Source: a candidate division FCPU426 bacterium
Lineage (GTDB): Bacteria; Oederibacteriota; PGYV01; Palsa-1178
Assembly (NCBI GenBank): GCA_003167475.1
Contig: PMTB01000268.1
Location: forward strand, 1-40,411
DNA length: 40,411 bases
Reading direction: 5' to 3'
A model generated the notes under the pieces. It saw only the letters and a list, made by a program, of their open reading frames with translations. It searched no databases and was not told the DNA's origin. Position numbers and translations under genes: made by a program. This document shows, one piece after another, positions 1 through 8,734 of this stretch; within the stretch, counting starts at the first letter, position 1; the number at the start of each line of letters is the position of its first letter.

Positions 1-1053
1 AACAACCTGGCGTATGGGTTCTGCTACGATGACGTCAGTAACCAGTCAACTACGTTGGTCAGCACAAACCCCCGCGGTATGGTGGTTGTGATCGGAGCCA
101 ATAACCTGGCCACCCTGACAAAGACAATGACGCCTGTCAACACGGCAACCAGGACATTTACAATGACAGCGACCAGGACAAGCACAAGCACAAGCACTTC
201 AACTGCAATATCAACAGCGACAAGCACGGCTTTAGCGCTGACAGTGACTGCAACAGCCACAAATACAAGGACACTCACGGCTGTAAATACGCCGACCCTT
301 ACCCCTGTAATAACAAATACCGCTCAAAATACGGCCACCAGGACATCAACAGCCGCCGGCACTTTTACTCCGCTTCTGACATCTACACCCGCCAACACGG
401 CAGTAAATACTGCCGCAGCGACGGCAACACCTTCCAATACCACGGCAGCCACAGCCCTCAATACTTTCACCCGGACAACGACGGCAACCGTCTTCATGAC
501 CCAGCCGCCTACCGCCACACCAAGCGCGGCAGCCTCCATGTCCGCAACCCGTACATGGACAAATACGGCGGTAAATACTTTTACAGTCACGCCTTCAAAC
601 ACTGCCCAGTTTACTTCAACCCGGACATTTACATCGACCGCCACACAAACTTTCACTTTGACAAGCGCTGATACGGCCACACCCTTAAATACGCTTACTC
701 CGACAGCGACAAAAACGCAGGGCGGGGAATTTGAGATACAAGACCCTGTCGCGTACCCAAACCCGGATAATGTTATAAATAATACAGGGGTGAATATCAG
801 GTTCAAACTGACGGTAACAGCAACAAAGATAAAGTTCAGGCTGTTTACAGTGAGTTACAGGCACATAAGGGAAGAATCATTTACGGCCGGCCAGGTAAGT
901 GGGGGCCTTACAACCGGGACCAATGTTATTACCATACCGCCAAAATATTTTACAGGATTAGCCGCCGGCACCTATTACTATATGTTGTCCGCCGAGGACG
1001 GCAGCGGGAACAAAACCTCCTCAGGGCTTAAAATAATCATTATAATAAGATAA
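1..1053 (+). CDS. 5'-truncated secreted protein: C-terminal end of a GH64-like beta-1,3-glucanase domain, Thr-rich linker, C-terminal FlgD/T9SS-CTD-like Ig domain
   Basis: Frame is open from base 1 and reads NNLAYGFCYDDVSNQSTTLVSTNPRGMVVVIG, resembling the AYGFx(Y/F)DDV C-terminal motif of GH64. It is followed by ~200 aa of TxT-rich sequence and a domain AYPNP...LAAGTYYY...IIIIR. Confidence 0.7.
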   Translation, partial: NNLAYGFCYDDVSNQSTTLVSTNPRGMVVVIGANNLATLTKTMTPVNTATRTFTMTATRTSTSTSTSTAISTATSTALALTVTATATNTRTLTAVNTPTLTPVITNTAQNTATRTSTAAGTFTPLLTSTPANTAVNTAAATATPSNTTAATALNTFTRTTTATVFMTQPPTATPSAAASMSATRTWTNTAVNTFTVTPSNTAQFTSTRTFTSTATQTFTLTSADTATPLNTLTPTATKTQGGEFEIQDPVAYPNPDNVINNTGVNIRFKLTVTATKIKFRLFTVSYRHIREESFTAGQVSGGLTTGTNVITIPPKYFTGLAAGTYYYMLSAEDGSGNKTSSGLKIIIIIR

Positions 1054-1179
1054 AAGAGCGGGTACAGACCCCGCTGGCTGATAGTGATGGCAACGCATTG
1101 AAATTATTCATGTTTCAGCAATAAATCCCGTCCTTTTTCGTCTATATAGATGAGGGCCGTATTTAAAAGGAGGGATAAC

Positions 1180-1407
1180 ATGTTTGGGAACAAATCAACC
1201 GCGTTTGTCACTGTTAATACACATAATTGTATTGCCTGTAATAAGTGCGTGGAAGTGTGCGGCAACAGCGTTCTCGCCATAAAGGGGCCGTCATTCCACA
1301 GGCACGTGCACCTGATAAGGAAAGACGCCTGCAAAGGCTGCCTGAAATGCGTCCAATGTTGTGAAAACGGGGTTTTTGGGATAAAAACTATTTATACTTG
1401 TCTTTAA
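1180..1407 (+). CDS. 2x[4Fe-4S] ferredoxin-like protein
   Basis: CIACNKCVEVC and CKGCLKCVQCC motifs; AGGAGG SD at 1168-1173 favours ATG 1180 over 1150. Confidence 0.85.
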   Translation: MFGNKSTAFVTVNTHNCIACNKCVEVCGNSVLAIKGPSFHRHVHLIRKDACKGCLKCVQCCENGVFGIKTIYTCL

Positions 1408-1891
1408 GTGTATAAAATTTTGTGGCAAGTTCTTTTATAACGGATGATATCGCTATGCTTATCGTCTTGTCAAAATCGCCCCGGATGCATACCCCGACTG
1501 CAGTGGAGTTGATCTGGTCAAATTCCTGGAACGACATCCTTACAGAATACGCGACCGGGTATACCGTGCCGGCCGTAACAATCTCAACATTGACGTGCCA
1601 GGTGCCCGCGTTATCGCCGGCCGTGCCGGTCACCCTGTCCGGGTTTGTCCCGGTTTCTTCGGAAGTGACTTCTGTTTTTCCGTTGTTGGATATTATCTTG
1701 TATGTGGAAAAATCATTCTTAAGCTCGTCGGCTATCTGCGAAACCACGCTCTTCTTGTTGATCTTGATATCAGATGAGGAGTAAACGTGCGGGATATCTA
1801 TAGTAAAAGACGTTACTTCTTTGGCGGTGATTTCCTTTGAAAAAGCGCTGCACCCCAGCAACATGAACAAAACAACCAAAAATCTTTTCAT
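1388..1891 (-). CDS. Hypothetical exported protein
   Basis: 167 aa with signal peptide MKRFLVVLFMLLGCSAFS and GGGAGG SD; overlaps the ferredoxin 3' end by 20 bp. Confidence 0.75.
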   Translation of the reverse strand: MKRFLVVLFMLLGCSAFSKEITAKEVTSFTIDIPHVYSSSDIKINKKSVVSQIADELKNDFSTYKIISNNGKTEVTSEETGTNPDRVTGTAGDNAGTWHVNVEIVTAGTVYPVAYSVRMSFQEFDQINSTAVGVCIRGDFDKTISIAISSVIKELATKFYTLKDKYK

Positions 1892-2100
1892 AAAAACCTC
1901 CCTATATACCTGTTATTTTTCAAGGCCGGCGCCTGCGTCAAAACCCGGACATAATAAGATATACACCTGATTAAACGGTTTGAGGATGGCTGTATTCCAC
2001 TTTTAACTGACTTTTATCCGGCACATATATGCCGGCGTTTGCGTGCAGGGTTATCATGAACGACTGGTTTAACTGGCCGTTGCCGGAGATTTTTATTGAT

Positions 2101-2129
2101 TTGCCATGAAAAATAGAAAAGGGTATACT
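2101..2129 (+). promoter_or_regulatory. sigma70-type promoter
   Basis: TTGCCA-17 bp-TATACT upstream of ATG 2193. Confidence 0.6.
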
Positions 2130-2192
2130 GTAAAAGAAATTAATTATGCCGACCCGTAAACGCGAGGCAAATAATGACGGTGGTTCAATTGA

Positions 2193-2621
2193 ATGGGATT
2201 TGAAACGGATTTTGAAAAGTGGAAAGCGGAATATTTCGGAGGGTATTGCATGACAAAATGCGATACGACGTGCTGCGATATGCAGAATGTTTCTTTGTAT
2301 GTGAACGGGAATGAACTGGCTGAGATCTATGGCGGAAAAATAAACCCTGAAAATTTTAAGGAAACGGGCATTAAATCCGCCAAGGCCATGGGGATGTATA
2401 GTATTGAAAGTAAATGCTTTTGCCGGAAATTTGACGAGAGCACGCGTAAATGCCTTATTTACGACCGCAGGCCTGTAAGCTGCAGGGAATACCCGCTGCT
2501 GGTGGAAAAGGACGCCGTTGTGATAAAAAGCGGCTGCCCCCTTACCAAGGGCGACCCGGCGTACAAAAAACTTGTTGAAATAGCGTCCTTGTATGGAAAA
2601 GTGATCGTAAAACGCGCGTGA
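2193..2621 (+). CDS. YkgJ-family (CxxCxxCC) cysteine-cluster protein
   Basis: CMTKCDTTCC at the N-terminus and C...C-LIYDRRPVSCREYP motif typical of the family. Confidence 0.85.
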   Translation: MGFETDFEKWKAEYFGGYCMTKCDTTCCDMQNVSLYVNGNELAEIYGGKINPENFKETGIKSAKAMGMYSIESKCFCRKFDESTRKCLIYDRRPVSCREYPLLVEKDAVVIKSGCPLTKGDPAYKKLVEIASLYGKVIVKRA

Positions 2622-2859
2622 AATCCCTTGCGGATACTTTTATCCCCGGGCCTGCAAACCATCCGGCGAAAGCCCGATCCTGGAATTGCCAGTCAAAGTC
2701 AAGGCCGGCGCTGAATGCGGTGCCTGTGTCCATGGCGCCGTTAAACATCATATATGATCTCCCATAAGAGAGCGTTACAGCCGCTGCCAATTGCCTGAAG
2801 AAAATCCTGTGGTAACCCGCGCTTTTCAATTGTCCTATCGCGGGTCCAAGGTCCCACAT
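2622..2859 (-). pseudogene. Probable remnant of an outer-membrane beta-barrel gene
   Basis: Minus-strand frame reads SAGYHRIFF...AVTLSYG...AFSAGLDFDWQFQDRAFAGWFAGPGIK, a pattern like the barrel part of 5832-6677. There is no signal peptide and the frame runs into the 2193-2621 gene. Confidence 0.45.
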
Positions 2860-2864
2860 ACATC

Positions 2865-2893
2865 TTTACAAATCACCGCGCACTGGGTATAAT
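2865..2893 (+). promoter_or_regulatory. sigma70-type promoter for the beta-barrel pair
   Basis: TTTACA-17 bp-TATAAT. Confidence 0.65.
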
Positions 2894-2954
2894 TTTGTTA
2901 TTCCATACTGGCAACTGTCGGGCCTTTTGATGCAAAAAAAACAGGGAGGAAAAA

Positions 2955-3704
2955 ATGCGTAAAATCGCGGTTTCAGTATTATGTCTTTTATTTTCGGTTC
3001 CGGTTTTTGCAGGCATCGTGGTCAAACCTTTTGGGGGTTATACCACGGTTTCCATGGCGCGTGTAAACAGCGCTTTGGACGGCCTTTATAACTCATCGAC
3101 GTTTGACGGGCTTAATAAAAGCAGGACAAATTTCAGGGATGCCTATCTTGCCGGGCTTGACCTGGGGTATTCATTCATACCAGGGTTGGACGTTTGTTTA
3201 AGGGGCGAGTACATCGGGGCCTATTCGGAATTAAAAGGTAAAAATCCTTCGCCCCCGCCTGACAACCTCGTTTATTCATTTCCGGCCGATATCATGCCCG
3301 TACTTGCCGGTGTTTCCTATACTTATGGTTTTTCCGGATCACCTTTTTCAATAGGCGCGGAAGCTTACGCGGGTTATGGTTTCGCGCACCTGGCTTTGAC
3401 TCAGACTGAAGACGCTTATGACGGCACCTACTCGGTCAAATTCACGGCGCCGACATACGGGGGCGGGTTTGTGCTCGATTCGGCGGTAAAATTCGGCTAT
3501 GCCATATCCAGCATGATAAACCTGAACCTCACGGCCGGTTACAGACAGGCAAAAGTAAGTTATGTAAAATCCTTAAAAGACACAATAGGTTCGTCCATGT
3601 TCACATTTGCCAAGGACGAGGTCATAAAGGGTCCGGACGGCAAGGATCTGAACCTTGATTTCGGCGGATTGATCCTGAACATAGCATTAGGCTTAAACTT
3701 TTAA
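2955..3704 (+). CDS. Outer-membrane beta-barrel protein (paralog 1)
   Basis: Signal peptide ending VFA, alternating aromatic/Gly strands, C-terminal LGLNF. Confidence 0.85.
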   Translation: MRKIAVSVLCLLFSVPVFAGIVVKPFGGYTTVSMARVNSALDGLYNSSTFDGLNKSRTNFRDAYLAGLDLGYSFIPGLDVCLRGEYIGAYSELKGKNPSPPPDNLVYSFPADIMPVLAGVSYTYGFSGSPFSIGAEAYAGYGFAHLALTQTEDAYDGTYSVKFTAPTYGGGFVLDSAVKFGYAISSMINLNLTAGYRQAKVSYVKSLKDTIGSSMFTFAKDEVIKGPDGKDLNLDFGGLILNIALGLNF

Positions 3705-3721
3705 GGGCTAAGGAGGCCAAA

Positions 3722-4471
3722 ATGAAAAAAATAATATTTGCCGGGCTCCTCGCAGCCCTTTCTGCAGCGCAGGTTTTTGCCGGTTTTACTTTAACGCCTT
3801 TCGGCGGTTATACAAGTGTTTCCATGGCACAGCTAAATCACAGGCTGGACTATATCAAAACCTCGATGTTTGGTTCTTCCTCACTTAAGGATAAAAAAGT
3901 AAGTTATTTTCACGACGCGTGGTCAGCCGGGCTTGACGCGGGGTATGATTTTTTTTCCGGCTTTTCAGCGGGCTTAAGGTCGGAGTTCATCGGGTCAGGC
4001 GGATATGTGTATGCCAGGACCATCGCAAGCGTCACGGAGAAGTCCGGCGTTGACGCGAACCTCATACCTGTTATGGCGGGCATATCCTATATGCTCAACT
4101 GGAAGGGCTGCCCTTTCACCATCGGCGCCGACGCATACGCGGGAGTGGGATTCGGCAAAGGCGGATTTTTCCTTAATTATTATGACAGGGACAACCTTGA
4201 AAACCTTTCCATATATGTGCCCATGAGCGGAAATTGCCTTGTTCTTGACGGCGCGCTCAAGGCCGCTTATTCTTTCGGCAGAATGTTCTCCATAAACCTT
4301 TCCTGCGGTTACAGGCAGGCGAAGTTCGATAAGATATTCTGCGATAAGGACGGAACCGCTTATAACGCAAACTGGCAAAAGGGCAAGGAAGCAAAAACAT
4401 TGACCGGCGCGACGCTGGCCCCTGATTTTTCGGGGCTTACAGCAAAACTCGGCGGAAATATAAGTTTCTGA
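3722..4471 (+). CDS. Outer-membrane beta-barrel protein (paralog 2)
   Basis: Same length (249 aa) and shared motifs with paralog 1 (PFGGYTxVSMA, AGLDxGY, PVxAGxSY, GYRQAK, DFxGL); C-terminal Phe. Confidence 0.85.
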   Translation: MKKIIFAGLLAALSAAQVFAGFTLTPFGGYTSVSMAQLNHRLDYIKTSMFGSSSLKDKKVSYFHDAWSAGLDAGYDFFSGFSAGLRSEFIGSGGYVYARTIASVTEKSGVDANLIPVMAGISYMLNWKGCPFTIGADAYAGVGFGKGGFFLNYYDRDNLENLSIYVPMSGNCLVLDGALKAAYSFGRMFSINLSCGYRQAKFDKIFCDKDGTAYNANWQKGKEAKTLTGATLAPDFSGLTAKLGGNISF

Positions 4472-4482
4472 TGTGAATATAC

Positions 4483-4514
4483 AAAAAGGCGGGCTGTAAA
4501 AGCCCGTCTTTTTT
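4483..4514 (+). terminator. Intrinsic terminator (potentially bidirectional)
   Basis: AAAAAGGCGGGCT-GTAAA-AGCCCGTCTTTTTT. Confidence 0.8.
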
Positions 4515-4541
4515 ATTTGAAGGCTGTCACAGGGGGAAAAA

Positions 4542-5363
4542 ATGAAAAAAATTTGCGCCGCGATTTTAATAATTACAGCCATGATAGCCGCCTTGTCCTG
4601 CGGCTGTAAAAGCAATGCCTCGCCTTCTTCTGCCGGACCGGAAGGAACCGCTACCATTACTCCGACTTTTACGGCAGTGCCGTCACCCGGAACTTTTTCA
4701 GGGACTATAACCGGGTTAAGCAATGACCAGGCCGGAAAAAATCTGTATATCACACTCGATATGGACCTGGATTACGCGGACGGCTACGCCGCAAGGCTGA
4801 CGTTAACGGCCTCTTCCGGCACGTCCATTGCGTACAGTTTCCCGCAGGTTGCCGGAGGGCATTATAATGTCTCGGCCTGGATAGACATGGACTCCAACAC
4901 CATACCGGGAGTGGCCGATTATTACGGGAGTTACGGCGCAACATATCCCGCAATGCCGGCCGTGCAAAATGTGGAAATAAACGGCGACACGGCGGGAATA
5001 GACATAACTGTCGTGAAATTGACAGCCAATGTCAGCGGGACAATAACATTCCCCGGAGACGCGGCGGGAAAAAAATACATTGTGGCCATTGACAACGATA
5101 ATGTGGGGACCAACGGCGGGCAGAGGACCTATTACTCTGATTATTGTGCAACCCCCGGACCCACGACAGCCGTCAATTACAGTTTGTGCGTGCCTTTTCC
5201 CATGAATAATTTCACGGTTTACTGCCTTGTATCCATGAACGGGCATTTACTGGCAACCGGCAAAGAATCCGGCGATTATGTGAATTTTGTGCCGGGAAAC
5301 AACCTTGCTGACCCGGCTTTTCCTGTCAGCCCGATAAATTTCTCCCTCATTAAGATGCCGTAG
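4542..5363 (+). CDS. Lipoprotein with short Thr/Pro linker and two related beta-sandwich repeats
   Basis: Lipobox-like ALSCGC; internal repeat FSGTITG...AGKNLYITLDMD versus VSGTITF...AGKKYIVAIDND. Confidence 0.75.
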   Translation: MKKICAAILIITAMIAALSCGCKSNASPSSAGPEGTATITPTFTAVPSPGTFSGTITGLSNDQAGKNLYITLDMDLDYADGYAARLTLTASSGTSIAYSFPQVAGGHYNVSAWIDMDSNTIPGVADYYGSYGATYPAMPAVQNVEINGDTAGIDITVVKLTANVSGTITFPGDAAGKKYIVAIDNDNVGTNGGQRTYYSDYCATPGPTTAVNYSLCVPFPMNNFTVYCLVSMNGHLLATGKESGDYVNFVPGNNLADPAFPVSPINFSLIKMP

Positions 5364-5441
5364 CGATAACAAAAACTGTAGAGAGGGGGCTTGCTCCCTC
5401 TCCGGGCGGGGCGTTTCTTTTGACCCGGGAAAGGAAACGAA

Positions 5442-5639
5442 ATGAAATGCACCCTGTGTAAAAAGGACATAGTCAGCTACAATCCAGAGTTTCACCATTT
5501 TGTCATCGATGAGAAGCATTCCACGGATATCTGCGGGGAGTGTACGGACAAGTTTTTCAAATGGCAGGGGAAGAAGATGTCCGTGCTTTTTCCCACAAAC
5601 GCCATGAAGAAGCGTTATGGCGGGGGGAAGCGGGAGTGA
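5442..5639 (+). CDS. Small zinc-finger-like hypothetical protein
   Basis: 65 aa with CTLC and CGEC pairs; AAGGA SD. Confidence 0.7.
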   Translation: MKCTLCKKDIVSYNPEFHHFVIDEKHSTDICGECTDKFFKWQGKKMSVLFPTNAMKKRYGGGKRE

Positions 5640-5831
5640 ACCCGGAATTGCGCCGTTGACCGCGGAAATGGATTTTTTCATCAACGGACTAATGTTTTCA
5701 GGCCCCCGTCTTTTTGATAATACATCCATCCTGTTTATTGTTGTATCGCCGGCGCACTTATGATATTATTACTCATGGGGGATACAAAAAACTTTTGATT
5801 ATTTTCTAAAATATCATTCAGGGAGGATTAA

Positions 5832-6677
5832 GTGAAAAAACTTTTTATTGCTTCGCTTTCCATGGTTTTTCTTGTTGTTTTTTGTGCAAGCGCTTTTTCG
5901 GCGACTGCGAAGGATTATTATGATTATGGAAAAAAACAACTCGACAGCGGGGACGCTAAAGGCGCCATCAAGTACTTCACAGCGGCGGCGAAGCTCGAAC
6001 CCAGGAACGCGGATTATTATAGGGCCATCGGTGACTGCTATAAGGAAACAGGGAACAAAGCAATGTCCGATAAATATTACGCGTATGCCGACAAGCTTGG
6101 GAAGGGAAGCGCTTCCTTTAAGAGCAATGAGGCAAAAGTCGAGATAACAATGTTCTCCGGAGGCACGTCCTCCACCGGCACCAGCTCCTTTATTCCCGTG
6201 TTCGCCCTGGGTTATACCAAGTACTTAAACCCGACGTTTGACATAGGCGGAAGCGTTGGATATGCCTACGGCGGTAACCAGACATCGGGCATGTCTGGCG
6301 ATTCAGTGTCGCTTTCAGGGGGCGGAGTGATGGTGCAGGCCAAATGTAACTGGCATCTTGATAATCTCATGAAAGGTGTTTTTGTCGGCCCGAATATCGG
6401 TTATCTTCCTATGAACTATCAATACAAGGTTGATATGAGCGGTTTTTACGGAAGCCCGTCTACATCCACATCCAACATTAACATAACCATAATCATGGGA
6501 GGAATGCAGCTGGGTTACATATACACCCTTGACAGCGGGTTCAAACTTACGGGCTTTTTATGCTTTGACATCGCCTCTGAATCCGTAAAAAGCGACGAGG
6601 GATTATTCGGAGGAATGGCGGCGTCAGAGGTGGGATTAATTCAATTCTATGGTATAAGCGCCGGATACGGTTTTTAA
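5832..6677 (+). CDS. Exported TPR + beta-barrel fusion protein
   Basis: Signal peptide, two TPR-like repeats (AKDYYDYGK...AIKYF; NADYYRAIGDCY), then amphipathic strands ending AGYGF. Confidence 0.8.
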   Translation: MKKLFIASLSMVFLVVFCASAFSATAKDYYDYGKKQLDSGDAKGAIKYFTAAAKLEPRNADYYRAIGDCYKETGNKAMSDKYYAYADKLGKGSASFKSNEAKVEITMFSGGTSSTGTSSFIPVFALGYTKYLNPTFDIGGSVGYAYGGNQTSGMSGDSVSLSGGGVMVQAKCNWHLDNLMKGVFVGPNIGYLPMNYQYKVDMSGFYGSPSTSTSNINITIIMGGMQLGYIYTLDSGFKLTGFLCFDIASESVKSDEGLFGGMAASEVGLIQFYGISAGYGF

Positions 6678-6765
6678 TTTTCATCGCGACAGGCATGATC
6701 TGCACGCAAACGGATGATTTTTTGCCATAAAGCCGCAACCTTTGGGTTTATAGCGGAGATAAAAT

Positions 6766-6800
6766 AAAAAACACGGGCTGGTTTTTGGACCGTGTTTTTT
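6766..6800. terminator. Probable bidirectional terminator
   Basis: AAAAAACACGG-N13-CCGTGTTTTTT. Confidence 0.55.
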
Positions 6801-7031
6801 GTTTTATTACCCCGGGTATTTGACAACCGGGGTTTTTGCGTGTTGTATAAATAATATCCCCGGAATTTCAAACTAAAATCACACATCCGACCCGCCACGG
6901 TCATACTTTTAACGGCGGAAAAAGTGTCAGTTTAATGGGGAATACAGTCATGCTCCCTGAAGGGGTTTAATTGTATATTAAATGCAGCCGCCCTACACAA
7001 GGCCGGTTAAATACACTTTTGGGAGGTAATT

Positions 7032-7811
7032 ATGAAAAAGTCATTTTTGTTCCTGTTTTTGGCATTGACCTCAGCTTTTCTTGCCGTGATCGTGCCCGGA
7101 TGTTCCAAAGGCACACCCTCATCCCCGAACTCCACTGACACTCCGGTGATAATCCTTAACACACATACCATAACTCCGACATGGACCAATTCTCCTGCCG
7201 TATCGCACACGAATACGCCCACCATCACCCAGACCGCCACTATTTCACCCACAAGCACTTCTACACCTTCCGGTTATATCGTGGATAATTTCGAGTCGGG
7301 CGTGGACAACTGGACCACTGCAAAAGACGGCGGCAGCCTGTCCAACATACATACCGGGATAGTCGGCTCGCCCAATGCCGGCTTATACGGCTCATACGCG
7401 CTCGGAGTGACCGGCGAGGCATGGGCTGAGACAGGTTCCTACTTCGGGTTTTCCAGCGCGCAGAAAACTTTCGGGCCGGTTGATCTAAGTGCTTACGCAA
7501 CGCTAGACCTTGCGGCTTCGGAAAAGATCACATTCACCCCATTATACGGAGGAAGTGTGGTTTATAAGGTGAAAATACAGAGCGGCGCAAACCTGATAGA
7601 AACAACAATCCCGGCTCCGGCCGCTTCAATGGCAAACGTATCTTTGCCGCTTACGGGTTTCACGCTCCCATCAGGGGCCGGCGGTTACACGGCTGCGTCG
7701 GTCCTGGCAAACGCTGACGGGATAATAATCGAGGTTGATATGGTTTCAGGGGTGCAAAACGATTGGATAGGGTATGAGATATACCTTGATAATATCGAAT
7801 TCAAAATGTAG
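7032..7811 (+). CDS. Lipoprotein with Thr/Pro linker and galactose-binding-fold (CBM11/CIA30-like) domain
   Basis: Lipobox VPGC; domain begins IVDNFESG, contains DLSAY and ends IYLDNIEF. Confidence 0.7.
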   Translation: MKKSFLFLFLALTSAFLAVIVPGCSKGTPSSPNSTDTPVIILNTHTITPTWTNSPAVSHTNTPTITQTATISPTSTSTPSGYIVDNFESGVDNWTTAKDGGSLSNIHTGIVGSPNAGLYGSYALGVTGEAWAETGSYFGFSSAQKTFGPVDLSAYATLDLAASEKITFTPLYGGSVVYKVKIQSGANLIETTIPAPAASMANVSLPLTGFTLPSGAGGYTAASVLANADGIIIEVDMVSGVQNDWIGYEIYLDNIEFKM

Positions 7812-7835
7812 AAAGTCTTTTTAAGGAGGGATAAT

Positions 7836-8399
7836 ATGAAATACGCGGTTGCTTTTGCGGTTGCGGCCGGGTTATTTTTGGCCGGGTGCGCCAATAATGG
7901 CGGTGATATAAAAAAACAGGAGGTTACGGCTTTGAACATTTATGACATCACGGTTAAGGATATGGCGGAAAAAGATGTTGTTTTATCGGAGTACAAGGGC
8001 AAGGTGCTTCTTATAGTGAACACGGCAACGCATTGCGGTTTTACACCGCAATACCCCGGCTTGCAGGCGCTTTACGCGAAGTACAAGGACAAAGGATTTG
8101 AGATACTTGATTTCCCATGCAACCAATTCATGGGCCAGGCGCCGGAAGGGATAGAGGAGTACCATAATATATGCACAACAAGGTTTGGCGTTACATTCCG
8201 GCAGTTTGCGAAAATAGACGTGAACGGCGGGAATGAATCCCCGCTTTACACCTATCTCAAGAAAAACTCAGACGGAAAGAATATAGGATGGAATTTCACG
8301 AAATTTCTCATAGACAGGGAAGGCTCTCTGGTGAAAAGATTTGATTCCAAGGACAAGCCGGAAAGCATAGACCCGGAGATCGCGAAGCTTGTGGAATAG
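7836..8399 (+). CDS. gpx: Glutathione peroxidase family protein (Cys type) with lipoprotein signal
   Basis: GKVLLIVNTATHCGFTPQY, FPCNQF and WNFTKFLIDR signatures; N-terminal lipobox FLAGC. Confidence 0.95.
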   Translation: MKYAVAFAVAAGLFLAGCANNGGDIKKQEVTALNIYDITVKDMAEKDVVLSEYKGKVLLIVNTATHCGFTPQYPGLQALYAKYKDKGFEILDFPCNQFMGQAPEGIEEYHNICTTRFGVTFRQFAKIDVNGGNESPLYTYLKKNSDGKNIGWNFTKFLIDREGSLVKRFDSKDKPESIDPEIAKLVE

Positions 8400-8469
8400 T
8401 TGAAAGTTGAGGTTTGTTTCCATAGCAGTATGGGTTTAAGGCTCCAAACAATGGAGTCTTACCGGTACT

Positions 8470-8542
8470 TGTAGTGGCGGATATTATCCGCCACATCGCG
8501 GGAAGTCAATAGGCTGGCGCATCATTATATGCGCCGCAACAC
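8470..8542. repeat. GTAG-type REP-like doublet
   Basis: GTAGTGGCGGATA-T-TATCCGCCAC palindrome followed by an inverted, related palindrome ending GCGCCGCAAC. Confidence 0.7.
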
Positions 8543-8692
8543 ATGCTTTAAAACACCTGATAGTGTTTAAAAACCTACACTATGTATTAAAACCCGACAG
8601 TTGGGTTTCGCTGGACAAAATCCTTTCATAAAATCCCATGTTTATAAGCCGAAATATTGAAAATATTGGTATGAATATTGCTTATAAACTTA

Positions 8693-8701
8693 TGGTATAA
8701 T
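8693..8701 (+). promoter_or_regulatory. Extended -10 promoter
   Basis: TGGTATAAT 34 bp upstream of TTG 8735. Confidence 0.55.
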
Positions 8702-8734
8702 TATTTATATCCTCAGCTGAAAGGAAAGAAACAT

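Noticed and set aside
1054-1179. Possible riboswitch upstream of the ferredoxin
   Set aside because: Only weak hairpins; no convincing match to fluoride, c-di-GMP, TPP, SAM or cobalamin consensus by eye.
6820-6851. TTGACA...TATAAA promoter
   Set aside because: The 20-bp spacer is too long for sigma70.
8031-8039. Selenocysteine in the glutathione peroxidase
   Set aside because: The active-site codon is TGC (Cys) and there is no in-frame TGA.
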